Shown: positions 7,679 through 17,700 of the stretch, in pieces
Layout of the letters: each line of letters starts with the position of its first letter
Position numbering within the stretch: the stretch's first letter is position 1
Virus record (IMG/VR): IMGVR_UViG_3300012953_000015
Span: 64,001-128,000 of that record
Direction: 5' to 3' (one strand)
From: a virus
Length of the DNA stretch: 64,000 nt
Program-made: the position numbers and the translations under genes
Notes under the pieces: generated by a model
The model's database searches: none
Seen by the model: the letters and a program-made list of their open reading frames with translations, nothing else
Told to the model about the DNA's origin: nothing

Positions 7679-8835
7679 CATTTAAAGAAACCCTCAGACC
7701 AACGCCGTTTGGATTTTTCGATGCAGATCCGATTTTTTCATCGGAAGCAGATTCAATGGTGACCTTTGTCAAACGTAAGCTTGGCGATGATATTTTATCA
7801 GTAGAATTAACAAAAAAACAAATTTGGTCGTGCTTTGAAGAATCTTTTTTAGAGTACGGTAGAATCGTTCTAGAAGCTCATGGAAAGTCTCAGTTGACTA
7901 ACTTATTAGGTATCCCAACTGGATCGCTTTCTGGTGCCGAAGCCTTACACCCAAGACAGAATCTAGAGTTTGCTTTAAGAGCAGCTGAGCCTTACGCTGG
8001 AGAAGCAGGCGTTGGAGGATCTTATTCGGTTTTTTCTGGTTCTATTGATATGAAGACAGAAGTTCAAGATTACGACATTTATGAAACCCTTAAAGATGGG
8101 AATGGCGACTTAGTCGTAAGCAGTAGTTTAAACTCTCCAAGAACTAAGTTAAAAATATTAGAAGTTTGCCATTTTTCTCCACAAAATGCATATAGATTCT
8201 TTGATACAACTTCCGCTATCAATTATTTGAATAACGAATTTAGTTTTGAATCTTTCACTCCGGAAACTGTCTTTTATGTTTTACCGGTTTTTGAAGATAT
8301 TTTGCGCGCCGGCCAAATGGATATATCTAACAGGATCAGAAGATCAAACTATTCTTATAAGATTATGGGAGGGAAGCTTAGGATATATCCTATTCCTCAA
8401 AAAGATAAAAAGCTTTGGATAAAATTTTCCTATGCGCCCGACCCTATAAATCCACAAGTTAAAGATGAAACTATATACGGAGTTTCAAATCTTTCAAACG
8501 TTCCTTTTGGAAATTTAAATTATTCTAAAGTTAATGAAATAGGAAGACAGTGGGTTAGGCAATATTCCTTAGCATTATCTAAAGAGCTTTTAGGATTAAT
8601 TCGTTCAAAGTTTTCTTCTGTTCCGCTTCCTGACGGAGATTTAAGCCTCAACGGCTCTGATTTGATATCGCAAGGAAGAGAAGATCAAAGTAGCTTAAGA
8701 GATAAAATGGTTGAACTATTAGATACCTTATCTTATGGTAATTTACTAAAGTCAGAAGCTGAATCTGCTGAAGCTATACAAACAGTTTTAAAATCAGTTC
8801 CTATACCACTTGGCAAAGCGATTACTCTAGGGTAA
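7672..8835 (+). CDS. Neck/head-tail adaptor protein (T4 gp13-like)
   Basis: RKLGDDILSVELT N-terminus; WVRQYSLALSKELLGLIRSKFS...LNG C-terminus as in gp13-like proteins; synteny. Confidence 0.75.
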   Translation: MSSFKETLRPTPFGFFDADPIFSSEADSMVTFVKRKLGDDILSVELTKKQIWSCFEESFLEYGRIVLEAHGKSQLTNLLGIPTGSLSGAEALHPRQNLEFALRAAEPYAGEAGVGGSYSVFSGSIDMKTEVQDYDIYETLKDGNGDLVVSSSLNSPRTKLKILEVCHFSPQNAYRFFDTTSAINYLNNEFSFESFTPETVFYVLPVFEDILRAGQMDISNRIRRSNYSYKIMGGKLRIYPIPQKDKKLWIKFSYAPDPINPQVKDETIYGVSNLSNVPFGNLNYSKVNEIGRQWVRQYSLALSKELLGLIRSKFSSVPLPDGDLSLNGSDLISQGREDQSSLRDKMVELLDTLSYGNLLKSEAESAEAIQTVLKSVPIPLGKAITLG

Positions 8836-8839
8836 AAAA

Positions 8840-9505
8840 ATGGCAAGACTTTTTATAACACCAAGAGAGATTGATTTTATATCAGATCTAACAAAAGAAA
8901 TCAATAAAGACGTTATTGGTCAAAAAGTTTTTTATTATAAAATAAGAACAGACCTTACAAATATTCATGAGGTTTACGAAGAAGCAGTTACGAAAGTTTT
9001 TGATCCCCCTGTCGAAGTAGAAGCTAGAGTTAAATGGGATCCAGCTGAAGTTAGAACAAACAAATTCGGAACTGAAACTTTTAGATCTGTTGAAGTCTAT
9101 ATTCACTATAGGGACATTTTGGATAGAGATTTAGAAATTAAAGAAGGTGATTACCTGAGTTACGGAGATATATTTTTTGAAGTGACATCTGCTACTTTTT
9201 CTAATTTAATTTTTGGTCAAATAGAGTATAAAACTGGAATTAAGTTAGTTTGCAAGCAAGCTAGAAAAGGGCAAATTGATGTGTTGCCGAATGGTCCAAC
9301 TGATGAATCTCTTAAAGAATTAGACGAAAAAGCAGTTCAGAAAACATTCGTTCAGCAACGAGGTAAAAGCGAAAATAAATTAGGTGAAACAGGAGATGTA
9401 AGAGCTCTTCAAAAACAAGGAAAAGTTGAGACTATAATTGAAAAAGCAGCAGAAGTTTCAGAAGACAATTCAGGTGTCAGTTCTTCTTTTTATGGAGATG
9501 AATAA
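8840..9505 (+). CDS. Neck/head-closure protein (gp14-like)
   Basis: Position between the gp13-like and gp15-like genes; VIGQKVFYY...YEEA...EGD pattern. Confidence 0.6.
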   Translation: MARLFITPREIDFISDLTKEINKDVIGQKVFYYKIRTDLTNIHEVYEEAVTKVFDPPVEVEARVKWDPAEVRTNKFGTETFRSVEVYIHYRDILDRDLEIKEGDYLSYGDIFFEVTSATFSNLIFGQIEYKTGIKLVCKQARKGQIDVLPNGPTDESLKELDEKAVQKTFVQQRGKSENKLGETGDVRALQKQGKVETIIEKAAEVSEDNSGVSSSFYGDE

Positions 9506-9507
9506 CA

Positions 9508-10764
9508 ATGTCTAGTAGATATAACGCGAAAGAGGGAGCTGGAGGAAAAGTTAATTTAGGTTACCAAGAAGGTGAAGAAGTATCAGGACTATTTATTCCT
9601 TCGTGTACTGTAGAAGACGTTGATAGATCTGTTTTTAATTTATTTGAAAAAGATCTCAATTTTACAGTAAAAGGAAACAAAAACCCGGTAAAGATGCCAG
9701 TCATATTTGCTACTGGCGAACGCTTCGCTATTTTGGCAAGAAAAAAGCCTTTAAGAGACTCTACTGATACATTAATATTGCCTCTTATATCAATAATGAG
9801 AACTGGAGTAGAACATCAACCTGGCGTAGCTGAGAATGTTCCTATCGTAATTAAAAAAAGGCTCTCCCCTGAAGATGCAAGGTTTCAAGAATACATTAAC
9901 AAGCAAGGCATTTTAAACGACGATAATTTAGCTAGAGGGAAAAGTTTAAATACCCCAAGCGGAGCTTCAGAAGAAGGTACAAAAAAACTTAAGTCGGGCA
10001 TCTCTTCTGCTGGGATTACTAATCCACTCATAGAAAATTCTCTTGGTACTAATGTTTTTGAAGTTTTTGAGATTCCCCCTATTAAACATTACTTAGCTAG
10101 TTACGAAATAACATTTTGGTGTCAATATACTCAGCAAATGAATCAAGTGATGACAATATTAATGGGAGGATATACTAATAATAATAGAGCTTCTTTTAAA
10201 CTAGAGACAGATAAAGGATATTATTTTAGTGCGTTTGTAGAAGATGGTTTAAATCCTGACGTAAATTTTGATGATTTTACTGAAAATGAAAGAATAGTTA
10301 AATGTACGATTAATATGAAAGTAAACGCTTATTTAGTTGCACCAAGAACTATTGGCCAACCAACTCCAGTAAGAAGATACGTTTCAGCTCCTCATATTAG
10401 TTTTACGATGCATACTACAATGGATCCGGTATCTAAAGATTCCGAATCCCCGGTAAATTCTGGGAACGTCAATGATTATGTGCTAGAAAATCTACAGGGT
10501 GAAAATGATTCTAACCCAAAACAATCGATTGGAGGATCTACGAAGATAAAAAATTCGCAGAACAAGGATTCTTTGGGTACAACTACATTAAATAATAATA
10601 TAGGCAGTTCTGGTGATTTAGTTGAAATCGAAAAAGTCGATCCAACCACCGGACAAAAAAGGGTAATACAAGTCAGAGTTATAGACCAGAATAATAAATC
10701 TGGAGAAACAGTGATTAAAGCTAAAGGTTTCGTAGTAACTCTCGAAGATTTGATTATGAAATAA
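9508..10764 (+). CDS. Tail terminator/sheath stabiliser (gp15-like)
   Basis: PVIFATGERF...LPLISIMRTG...YEITFW..YTQQMNQ; directly upstream of the sheath. Confidence 0.6.
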   Translation: MSSRYNAKEGAGGKVNLGYQEGEEVSGLFIPSCTVEDVDRSVFNLFEKDLNFTVKGNKNPVKMPVIFATGERFAILARKKPLRDSTDTLILPLISIMRTGVEHQPGVAENVPIVIKKRLSPEDARFQEYINKQGILNDDNLARGKSLNTPSGASEEGTKKLKSGISSAGITNPLIENSLGTNVFEVFEIPPIKHYLASYEITFWCQYTQQMNQVMTILMGGYTNNNRASFKLETDKGYYFSAFVEDGLNPDVNFDDFTENERIVKCTINMKVNAYLVAPRTIGQPTPVRRYVSAPHISFTMHTTMDPVSKDSESPVNSGNVNDYVLENLQGENDSNPKQSIGGSTKIKNSQNKDSLGTTTLNNNIGSSGDLVEIEKVDPTTGQKRVIQVRVIDQNNKSGETVIKAKGFVVTLEDLIMK

Positions 10765-10846
10765 ATTAGGTAATCACAAGCAACTAGCATTTTTGTAAAA
10801 TAATTATAATGTGGTTGCATAGTAAAAATACAGGAGAATCCACAAT

Positions 10847-13800
10847 ATGGCAGAGCAGACATTCAGATCACCAGGATTTTTTGAAAGAGAAATAGACCTA
10901 GCATCAAGGCAACAGGCAGTTTCAGGGGTACCTGGGGGATTAATTGGTACTTCACTCAAGGGACCAGCATTCGTACCTGTTACGATTGGGGATTTTGCGG
11001 ATTTCGTAAATCGCTTTGGTAGCTTAGATTCAACTCGACCGGCATCATACGCGGCATTTGAGTTCTTGAAGAAAAAAAGAGCCTTGACTTTTATGAGAGT
11101 TTTAGGCGCCGGCGCAAACCAGACGGCAGCTGATAGATCAGCCACTCTTTCAAAGGGAATTGTAAAAGGAGCTGGTTTTAGAGTTCATGGTAAGCAAACC
11201 ACGATTAACAGGAAGAATATCGCACATTCAGATGATTCAGAGACTTTTACATCTGTCTCTGTTTTAGATGGTGCTCCTTTCTTAATTACTGGTCAGCATA
11301 AAACAGATGTTCACGGCAAGTCTCTTTGGGCAGCAAACACTCACCCAGTTTTAAATGACAACCCAAGTTTCAATGCCGATGGATACGCTTCAATGTTACG
11401 TGGTGTTGTTTATACCGCAGCTGGATACAGACTCTCAGCTATGGGAGTTGGCGATACATATACATATGGTTCTCTTGATCCAGCTGGCGATGATGCTAAA
11501 GCAGCAACTCAAACTCCAGTCGCAGCTGATGCTAATGGCGGTTTAGTTTTTAACAACAACCTCGCTAACGTCAACGCCGGTATCTCGATGGGTGTAAACT
11601 ATACTGGCGCTGACGTTACTGTTTATACAGCAACGATATTCATGCCAGCTGCAGTTTCAGGCCACTCCGGCGGTGATACAACATATACGATAAATTTTCA
11701 AATCGGATCAGCTGCCGGAGACGAAGCTCCAGCCGTGGCAGGAAATGCAACGACGATAAACTTCGCCATGAATAATGGCGCAACAGCCGATCCTTTTGCA
11801 AAGACCCTTTCGACAGGTGCTCTAGCAGACCAATTAATCTCAATAATCAATGGTACTTTCGCTGGCGGTAGATTCACAGTCGCTGGTGGTTCACTAATTA
11901 CCGCCGGTGGAGATACAACTCTTAACGGTATTAAGAATTTAGTAGCTACAAAGACTAACGATACTGGCGTAAAGCTGGAGGTTCAAGTCAAGGGACAATC
12001 CGGTAACTCAGCAACCATAACGTTCACCAAGCCAGCTGGCGCTTTTAATGCCACTGCTCCAGCTTTGACAGCTTTCTTTGGTGCCGGTGCACCAGCCATG
12101 GCTTTTAGTGGTGGTGATGGTGATGCAGCTACGATGCTCCAGACCGATGGTCTAGTTAATTTGATGGATGCAGCAAACACAATCACAAGTCAGACATTTA
12201 AGTTGCTTCTTATTGGCAAAGATTCTCAGTCTAGCGTCCACCGAACAATTACAGCAAGTTTAGATCCTGAGCATCCCGCTTATATTTCAAAGGTTCTTAA
12301 CACCGATCCTAATCAGTTCACATCTCAAAAGCATCTTCTCTATTTAGATCTTCCAGTTGAAGATGAGGTTGCTCCAGCAGCAAAAGTTTTAGTTGCTCCA
12401 CCTTCTAATCAAGCTATTGGAGATTCTCCTTTCGCTGGAGAGTACGGAAAAGCTTGGTCGTTATTAGGCAGATTAGATACTAGATACAAAACAGCTAGAA
12501 CGCCTTCGATCATTAGCCAGCCTTTTGGTTCAAAAGAGTTTGATCTTTTCCATTTTGAAGCGCTTTCGGATGGTGAGTCTGGAAATGAAGAAGTTAAAGT
12601 CTCTATTGCTAACCTCAAAGCTAGTTTGGATCCAAAAAATAAATTTGGAACATTCGATGTACTAGTCAGAAGATTTAGAGATTTAGATCTTGAACCAGAA
12701 GTTCTAGAAGCTTATCCAGCATGTTCACTCGATCCGGATAGCGAGCAGTTTATTGCTCGAGTGATTGGTGATTATAAGGCACAATATAATTTTGATGCTG
12801 ATTTAGAAGAAGAAAGAAGAGTAGTTGTCAGTGGAAAATACCCAAATCGATCTCTCTACGTTAGAGTAAGGTTGAGCGGAATGTATGAAAGCGGAGAAGT
12901 TCCGGATTCTGCTCTTCCGTTCGGCTTCAGAGGAATTCCAGTTCTTAAGACTTCGGAATCTCTTACAGATTCTGCATTAGTTGCTCTAAAAGATGGTTCT
13001 GATATTTTAGGTAATGCATTTGGTTCAGCAGCTGATTTAATCACTGGAGATAAGACAAGAATCGACACTAGCATCTTAATTGATGAAACAAATCGAAGAG
13101 ATGCATCTTTAGCTTCTCCAGTCTTTCCTCCTCTTCCTTATAGATATAAGGTTACTCGTGGACAAATGATGTCAGGATCTCAAGTTCCTTCTGGGCATCC
13201 AGCTTTAACTGAAAAAGTTGAATCTAAACTTTATTGGGGATTGAAATCTGAAAGGGTTCCATTGACTGGTTCAACTTCTTATTCTATTCTTAACCCTAAT
13301 GCTGGTGGTGTATTTAACGAGCTCATTCATGGCTACACTAAATTTCAAGGTTTAGTTGAGTCTGGTGCTTTACTCACCGGTTCAGCAGTTGATGCTTTTA
13401 ATTCTAACAAATTTACTTTGGCGAAAGTTGCTCTGAACATTACTGGATCTGATCCACTCAATATTGCTAGCAACATAACTGGCTCAGCAAGAGATCACAT
13501 GCTCGAAGCTGTTTATTTAAGAGACGCTAAGGTAGAAGGAAGTAGTTACATTGTAACAGATCCCGCTGGTCCAGTTGGCCGAGTAACTATGGCAACCCTA
13601 GTTTCTTCTTCATCAATTAAGTTTAACAGGTTTACAGTATACAACAAATTTACTGTACCGTTGTACGGAGGTTTTGATGGAGTAAACATGCTAGATTCTG
13701 ATATGAGAAGGTTGAATGATAGAGCTAGCTCAGCCGATGCTCCTCCAGGATTTTTTGGTAAAGCATCAACGGAATTTGATACAAACTTTACGCAGTTAAC

Positions 13801-14755
13801 AGGACTGTACGAAGGTAAGCCAGGAATTGGCCAAAGAAATAGCACAGTTATAACATATAGAGAAGCTGCTAATATTATGACTGACCCAATGACAGTAAGT
13901 CACAACATTCTTGCAATCCCGGGGATAAAAGATTCCTTTGTTACAGATCATACAGCTGATTTAACAAAAGAATATTCGTTAGCAATTTATCTAATGGATA
14001 TTCCTTCTTTTTCTGAAGGAAACACACGATTATTTGGAACTGAAGACAGAACAGCTTTCGTATCTGGTTCAGTTTCATCTCCGGATGTTAGGGAAACAGC
14101 AGAACAATTTTCTTCAAGAGCAGTAGACAATAACTACTCAGCAGCTTATTTTCCAGATATAGTTATAGCTGACGAAGTTAACTCTACTCGAGTTAAAGTC
14201 CCAGCCTCAGTTGCTGCAATGAAGGCTTTATCATTTAGCGATTCTGTTTCTTTCCCATGGTTTGCACCAGCTGGATTTAATCGTGGCGCTTTAGATAACG
14301 TAACTAACGTCGATGTAAGATTGACCGCCGGAGACAGAGACGAACTTTATGATGCTCGAATCAATCCTATCGCAAATTTCCCTGATGGTGGAATTGTTAT
14401 CTTCGGCCAAAAGACGCTACAGATGGCTAAGTCTGCTCTTGATAGAGTAAACGTAAGAAGAATGCTTCTAGAAGTCAAGAGGCTGATTACAAGAATCGCG
14501 CAGAGATTACTATTTGAACCAAACAATTCTGAAACTAGAGCAAGGTTCATTAATTTAGTAACACCTCTCTTGACAACGGTACAAGCTCAAGCTGGTATCG
14601 ATAGTTTTAAGATTGTGATGGATGATACAAACAACTCAACAGAAGATGTTGAAAACAATCGCCTGAACGGTAGAATAGTTGTTGTACCAACTAGGGCAAT
14701 TGAGTTTATCGCGATAGATTTTATAATTACTAATAGCGGAATCTCATTTGAATAA
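10847..14755 (+). CDS. gp18: Tail sheath protein 1 (gp18 family)
   Basis: SPGFFEREIDL N-terminus; PWFAPAGFNRG, LYDARINPI, GQKTLQ, LDRVNVRR, PTRAIEFIAIDF. Confidence 0.93.
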   Translation: MAEQTFRSPGFFEREIDLASRQQAVSGVPGGLIGTSLKGPAFVPVTIGDFADFVNRFGSLDSTRPASYAAFEFLKKKRALTFMRVLGAGANQTAADRSATLSKGIVKGAGFRVHGKQTTINRKNIAHSDDSETFTSVSVLDGAPFLITGQHKTDVHGKSLWAANTHPVLNDNPSFNADGYASMLRGVVYTAAGYRLSAMGVGDTYTYGSLDPAGDDAKAATQTPVAADANGGLVFNNNLANVNAGISMGVNYTGADVTVYTATIFMPAAVSGHSGGDTTYTINFQIGSAAGDEAPAVAGNATTINFAMNNGATADPFAKTLSTGALADQLISIINGTFAGGRFTVAGGSLITAGGDTTLNGIKNLVATKTNDTGVKLEVQVKGQSGNSATITFTKPAGAFNATAPALTAFFGAGAPAMAFSGGDGDAATMLQTDGLVNLMDAANTITSQTFKLLLIGKDSQSSVHRTITASLDPEHPAYISKVLNTDPNQFTSQKHLLYLDLPVEDEVAPAAKVLVAPPSNQAIGDSPFAGEYGKAWSLLGRLDTRYKTARTPSIISQPFGSKEFDLFHFEALSDGESGNEEVKVSIANLKASLDPKNKFGTFDVLVRRFRDLDLEPEVLEAYPACSLDPDSEQFIARVIGDYKAQYNFDADLEEERRVVVSGKYPNRSLYVRVRLSGMYESGEVPDSALPFGFRGIPVLKTSESLTDSALVALKDGSDILGNAFGSAADLITGDKTRIDTSILIDETNRRDASLASPVFPPLPYRYKVTRGQMMSGSQVPSGHPALTEKVESKLYWGLKSERVPLTGSTSYSILNPNAGGVFNELIHGYTKFQGLVESGALLTGSAVDAFNSNKFTLAKVALNITGSDPLNIASNITGSARDHMLEAVYLRDAKVEGSSYIVTDPAGPVGRVTMATLVSSSSIKFNRFTVYNKFTVPLYGGFDGVNMLDSDMRRLNDRASSADAPPGFFGKASTEFDTNFTQLTGLYEGKPGIGQRNSTVITYREAANIMTDPMTVSHNILAIPGIKDSFVTDHTADLTKEYSLAIYLMDIPSFSEGNTRLFGTEDRTAFVSGSVSSPDVRETAEQFSSRAVDNNYSAAYFPDIVIADEVNSTRVKVPASVAAMKALSFSDSVSFPWFAPAGFNRGALDNVTNVDVRLTAGDRDELYDARINPIANFPDGGIVIFGQKTLQMAKSALDRVNVRRMLLEVKRLITRIAQRLLFEPNNSETRARFINLVTPLLTTVQAQAGIDSFKIVMDDTNNSTEDVENNRLNGRIVVVPTRAIEFIAIDFIITNSGISFE

Positions 14756-14780
14756 GGTAAAAAACAGGAGAAATTAACAG

Positions 14781-17700
14781 ATGGCAGAATTGACATTTAA
14801 AAGTCCAGGGGTAAGTACTCGAGAAATCGACCTTTCAGGCCCATCAAGAACCGGTCCGGTTGGGACTCCAGCCGGCGTAATCGGTACTGCAACAAAGGGT
14901 AGAGCTTTTGTACCCTTAGTTTTTGCTAACCTCTCAGAGTTCGTTGCTGAGTTTGGCTCAGTAGGTTCTGACAAGTTCGGCCCTATGGCATTGAGAGAAT
15001 GGTTTACGAATGCTCGAGCAGGTCTTTATCTTAAGGTCCTTGGGGCTGGAGACGGAAAAGCTAGGTTAGACTCTTTTACTTCTGCAAATGCTAAAGGTGA
15101 AAGACAGCAAGCCGGTTCAGTTTTGAATGCTGGTTTCATTGTTGGAGAAAGGCAAGTTGATCCAGGGACTGGTCGATTAGCTCATAACCCATATGCTGGT
15201 AGCAACGTCGCTCCTGTACAAGCTGTCGGTAAGATTACATTTGGTGGAGTCGGAACAGCTGGTCACATGATTACCCTTACTTCAACTGGCGGAGTCGTAA
15301 AGACATATAAGTTTGTTAATGAAGCAACTTCAGAGACGGGTAACTTAGATGGAACCGCAGTCAAAGTTTCGATCCAGGGAGGCGGCGATGCAGCCTCGAT
15401 GGCTGACCAACTCCAAGACGCGATCAATAATGCGACAAACGGACATGGTTCAGAAGCAGCTGCAACTCGCTTAGTAGCCTCTGCCGTTGATGGAGAAGAT
15501 GCTCAAGTTGCATTAACACAAGCCGCTGGTCAAGCTGGTAATATTAAAATTAGATCACATCAGGCCGCCGTTACTGGTACAGCAGCTGCTAATGTTACCA
15601 TAACTACAGATTTTACCGCTGGAGTTGATGGTCAAGGTGCTCCTGGACAAACTCATGTTCTTGGCTGCTTAATGAGGGAAGTTGCTCACGCTAAAGCGAA
15701 GACAACTATTACAGTTTCTACTCACGGCTCAGCTCTTGCTCCAGCTGGTGGTGACTTCACTAAAATCGTCGGTAAAGGAATTACCTTAACTTCTACTGAC
15801 GGAACAACGAAGCAGTATGTTATTGTTGATAACGCTACAGCCGATAAAGATCCAGTAGCTGGAGGAAATCAAGCTTTCGTTACAGGCGATTTAATTGAAG
15901 CAGCTGATGTTTTAGGAACAGCCGTTACAGTTACATCTACTGATTCGCGAATCGGCGCAGTTGCAGTTGCTATTCCAAACGTAACGTCATCCACCCAGCA
16001 GACTTTATTAGCTCAATTGCTTACTGCTATTAATAGTAGCAATGGCCATAATGCCGGTACAAGCGCAGCAAACTCTACTAAGATAAAAGCGCTTAATGCA
16101 GTAAACGGAACTCTTACTCTAGATCAAGTCAAGTTTGGTCGATCGGGAAACACTGATGTAGTTACCGATATTACATTGTCGGTAGTTACTGTTGGTACTG
16201 CTTTCACTGGTGGTCTCGGAGAGCTTATTTTCCAAGAATCAGGTGTTGGTCTAGATGCAGCAACTCCAGCGACAGGAGTTAAATTCGCTCCAGTTGCAAG
16301 AGGCATATTAATGTTTGCTTCAGGCGTTGTTCCTTCGATGTCGTCTTCAAGAGCTTCGGTATCAAATAACACTGCAATCGGTCAAAGAGCTTCTGAAGAT
16401 TCAAAGAAAGCTACTGCGACAATTACATTGAACGGCGAGATTGCTGCCGGTAAAAAATTCATCTTAGTCGATGCCGCTGGAGTGACTCAAACTTACACTG
16501 CTGGTGCTAACGATCCTGCAAACGGTGCCTTCGATAGAGATGGTGGCAATACCGTTAATGCGGCTTCGATTGCAGGGTGTATTAACCAGGGTGGCGGTCG
16601 AACAATTGGAATAACTGCAGTAGCCACCGGTGCTGTTATCAAGTTGACGCAAGATGCTGCAGGGGTCGCAGGAAATACTGTCATCTTAAGCGATTTAGAT
16701 ACAGCTACGGTATCAGGCGCTTCAGGAACTACTCTACCAGGATTCTTCTCTGGTGGCACAACATCAGTAGCAAGAGTTTCTGCAAATTCTTCTAGGACTT
16801 TCGGAACACTTGAAGGACTAGATAATGGTGGATCAGCTCTTGGTGCAATTGATGTAAAAGACAGCAAACAAGAATTTGTCATGCTTCTTAACGGCCACAA
16901 ACCAACTGGAGCGTATCCAAATGCCCTTACAGCTTCATTTGATCCGCAAGCAACAAATTACTTTGCTAATATACTCAATACAAACCCAGAAGCTTTACAG
17001 GAAGCTGGACACCTTCTTTATACTCACTATGATGTCTTCAGTTCTTATGCTATCCCAGCTGGTACAGACAATCCTTATTTATCTGCTGCAGAGCGAGCTG
17101 CGAATAGCGGAAAATCTGGGCTAACTAACAATACTCAAGAACTAAGAGAAGTTGGATTCTTGATGAGATCACAGTGGGATAGAAATGTTTCAGCTGTTGC
17201 ATATCCAAGCTTAGAAGATTTCTCAGACCGTTTCAGAACTGCAGTTTCTCCAACTATAAGATCACAGAAGTTCGGTGGAGAATCTCAAGATTTATTTAAG
17301 GTTCACTCTTTAGATGATGGATCAGGCGGAAATGCTGAATATAAGATTACTATAGAGAATATCAAGCGTTCTCAAAGCGAAAAAGATAGGTATGGACAGT
17401 TTGATTTGGTTGTTAGAGATTTCAATGACAACGATAGAGAACCAGTTGCTTTAGAAAGATTCTCAGCTCTTTCATTAAACCCTCAATCTGATCGATATAT
17501 CTGCAGGATTATTGGCGATTATAGATTGTTTTATGATTTTGATAAGCGCCCAGGTTCACAAAAGGTTTCATTGACAGGAAAGCACCCTAATGTATCTAAT
17601 TACATCAGGATTGAAGCCTCTACTGCTGTTGATGAGAAGACAATCGACCCGACTGCCCTTCCGTTTGGGTTTAGGGGAGTTCCTAGATTATCTATCAATG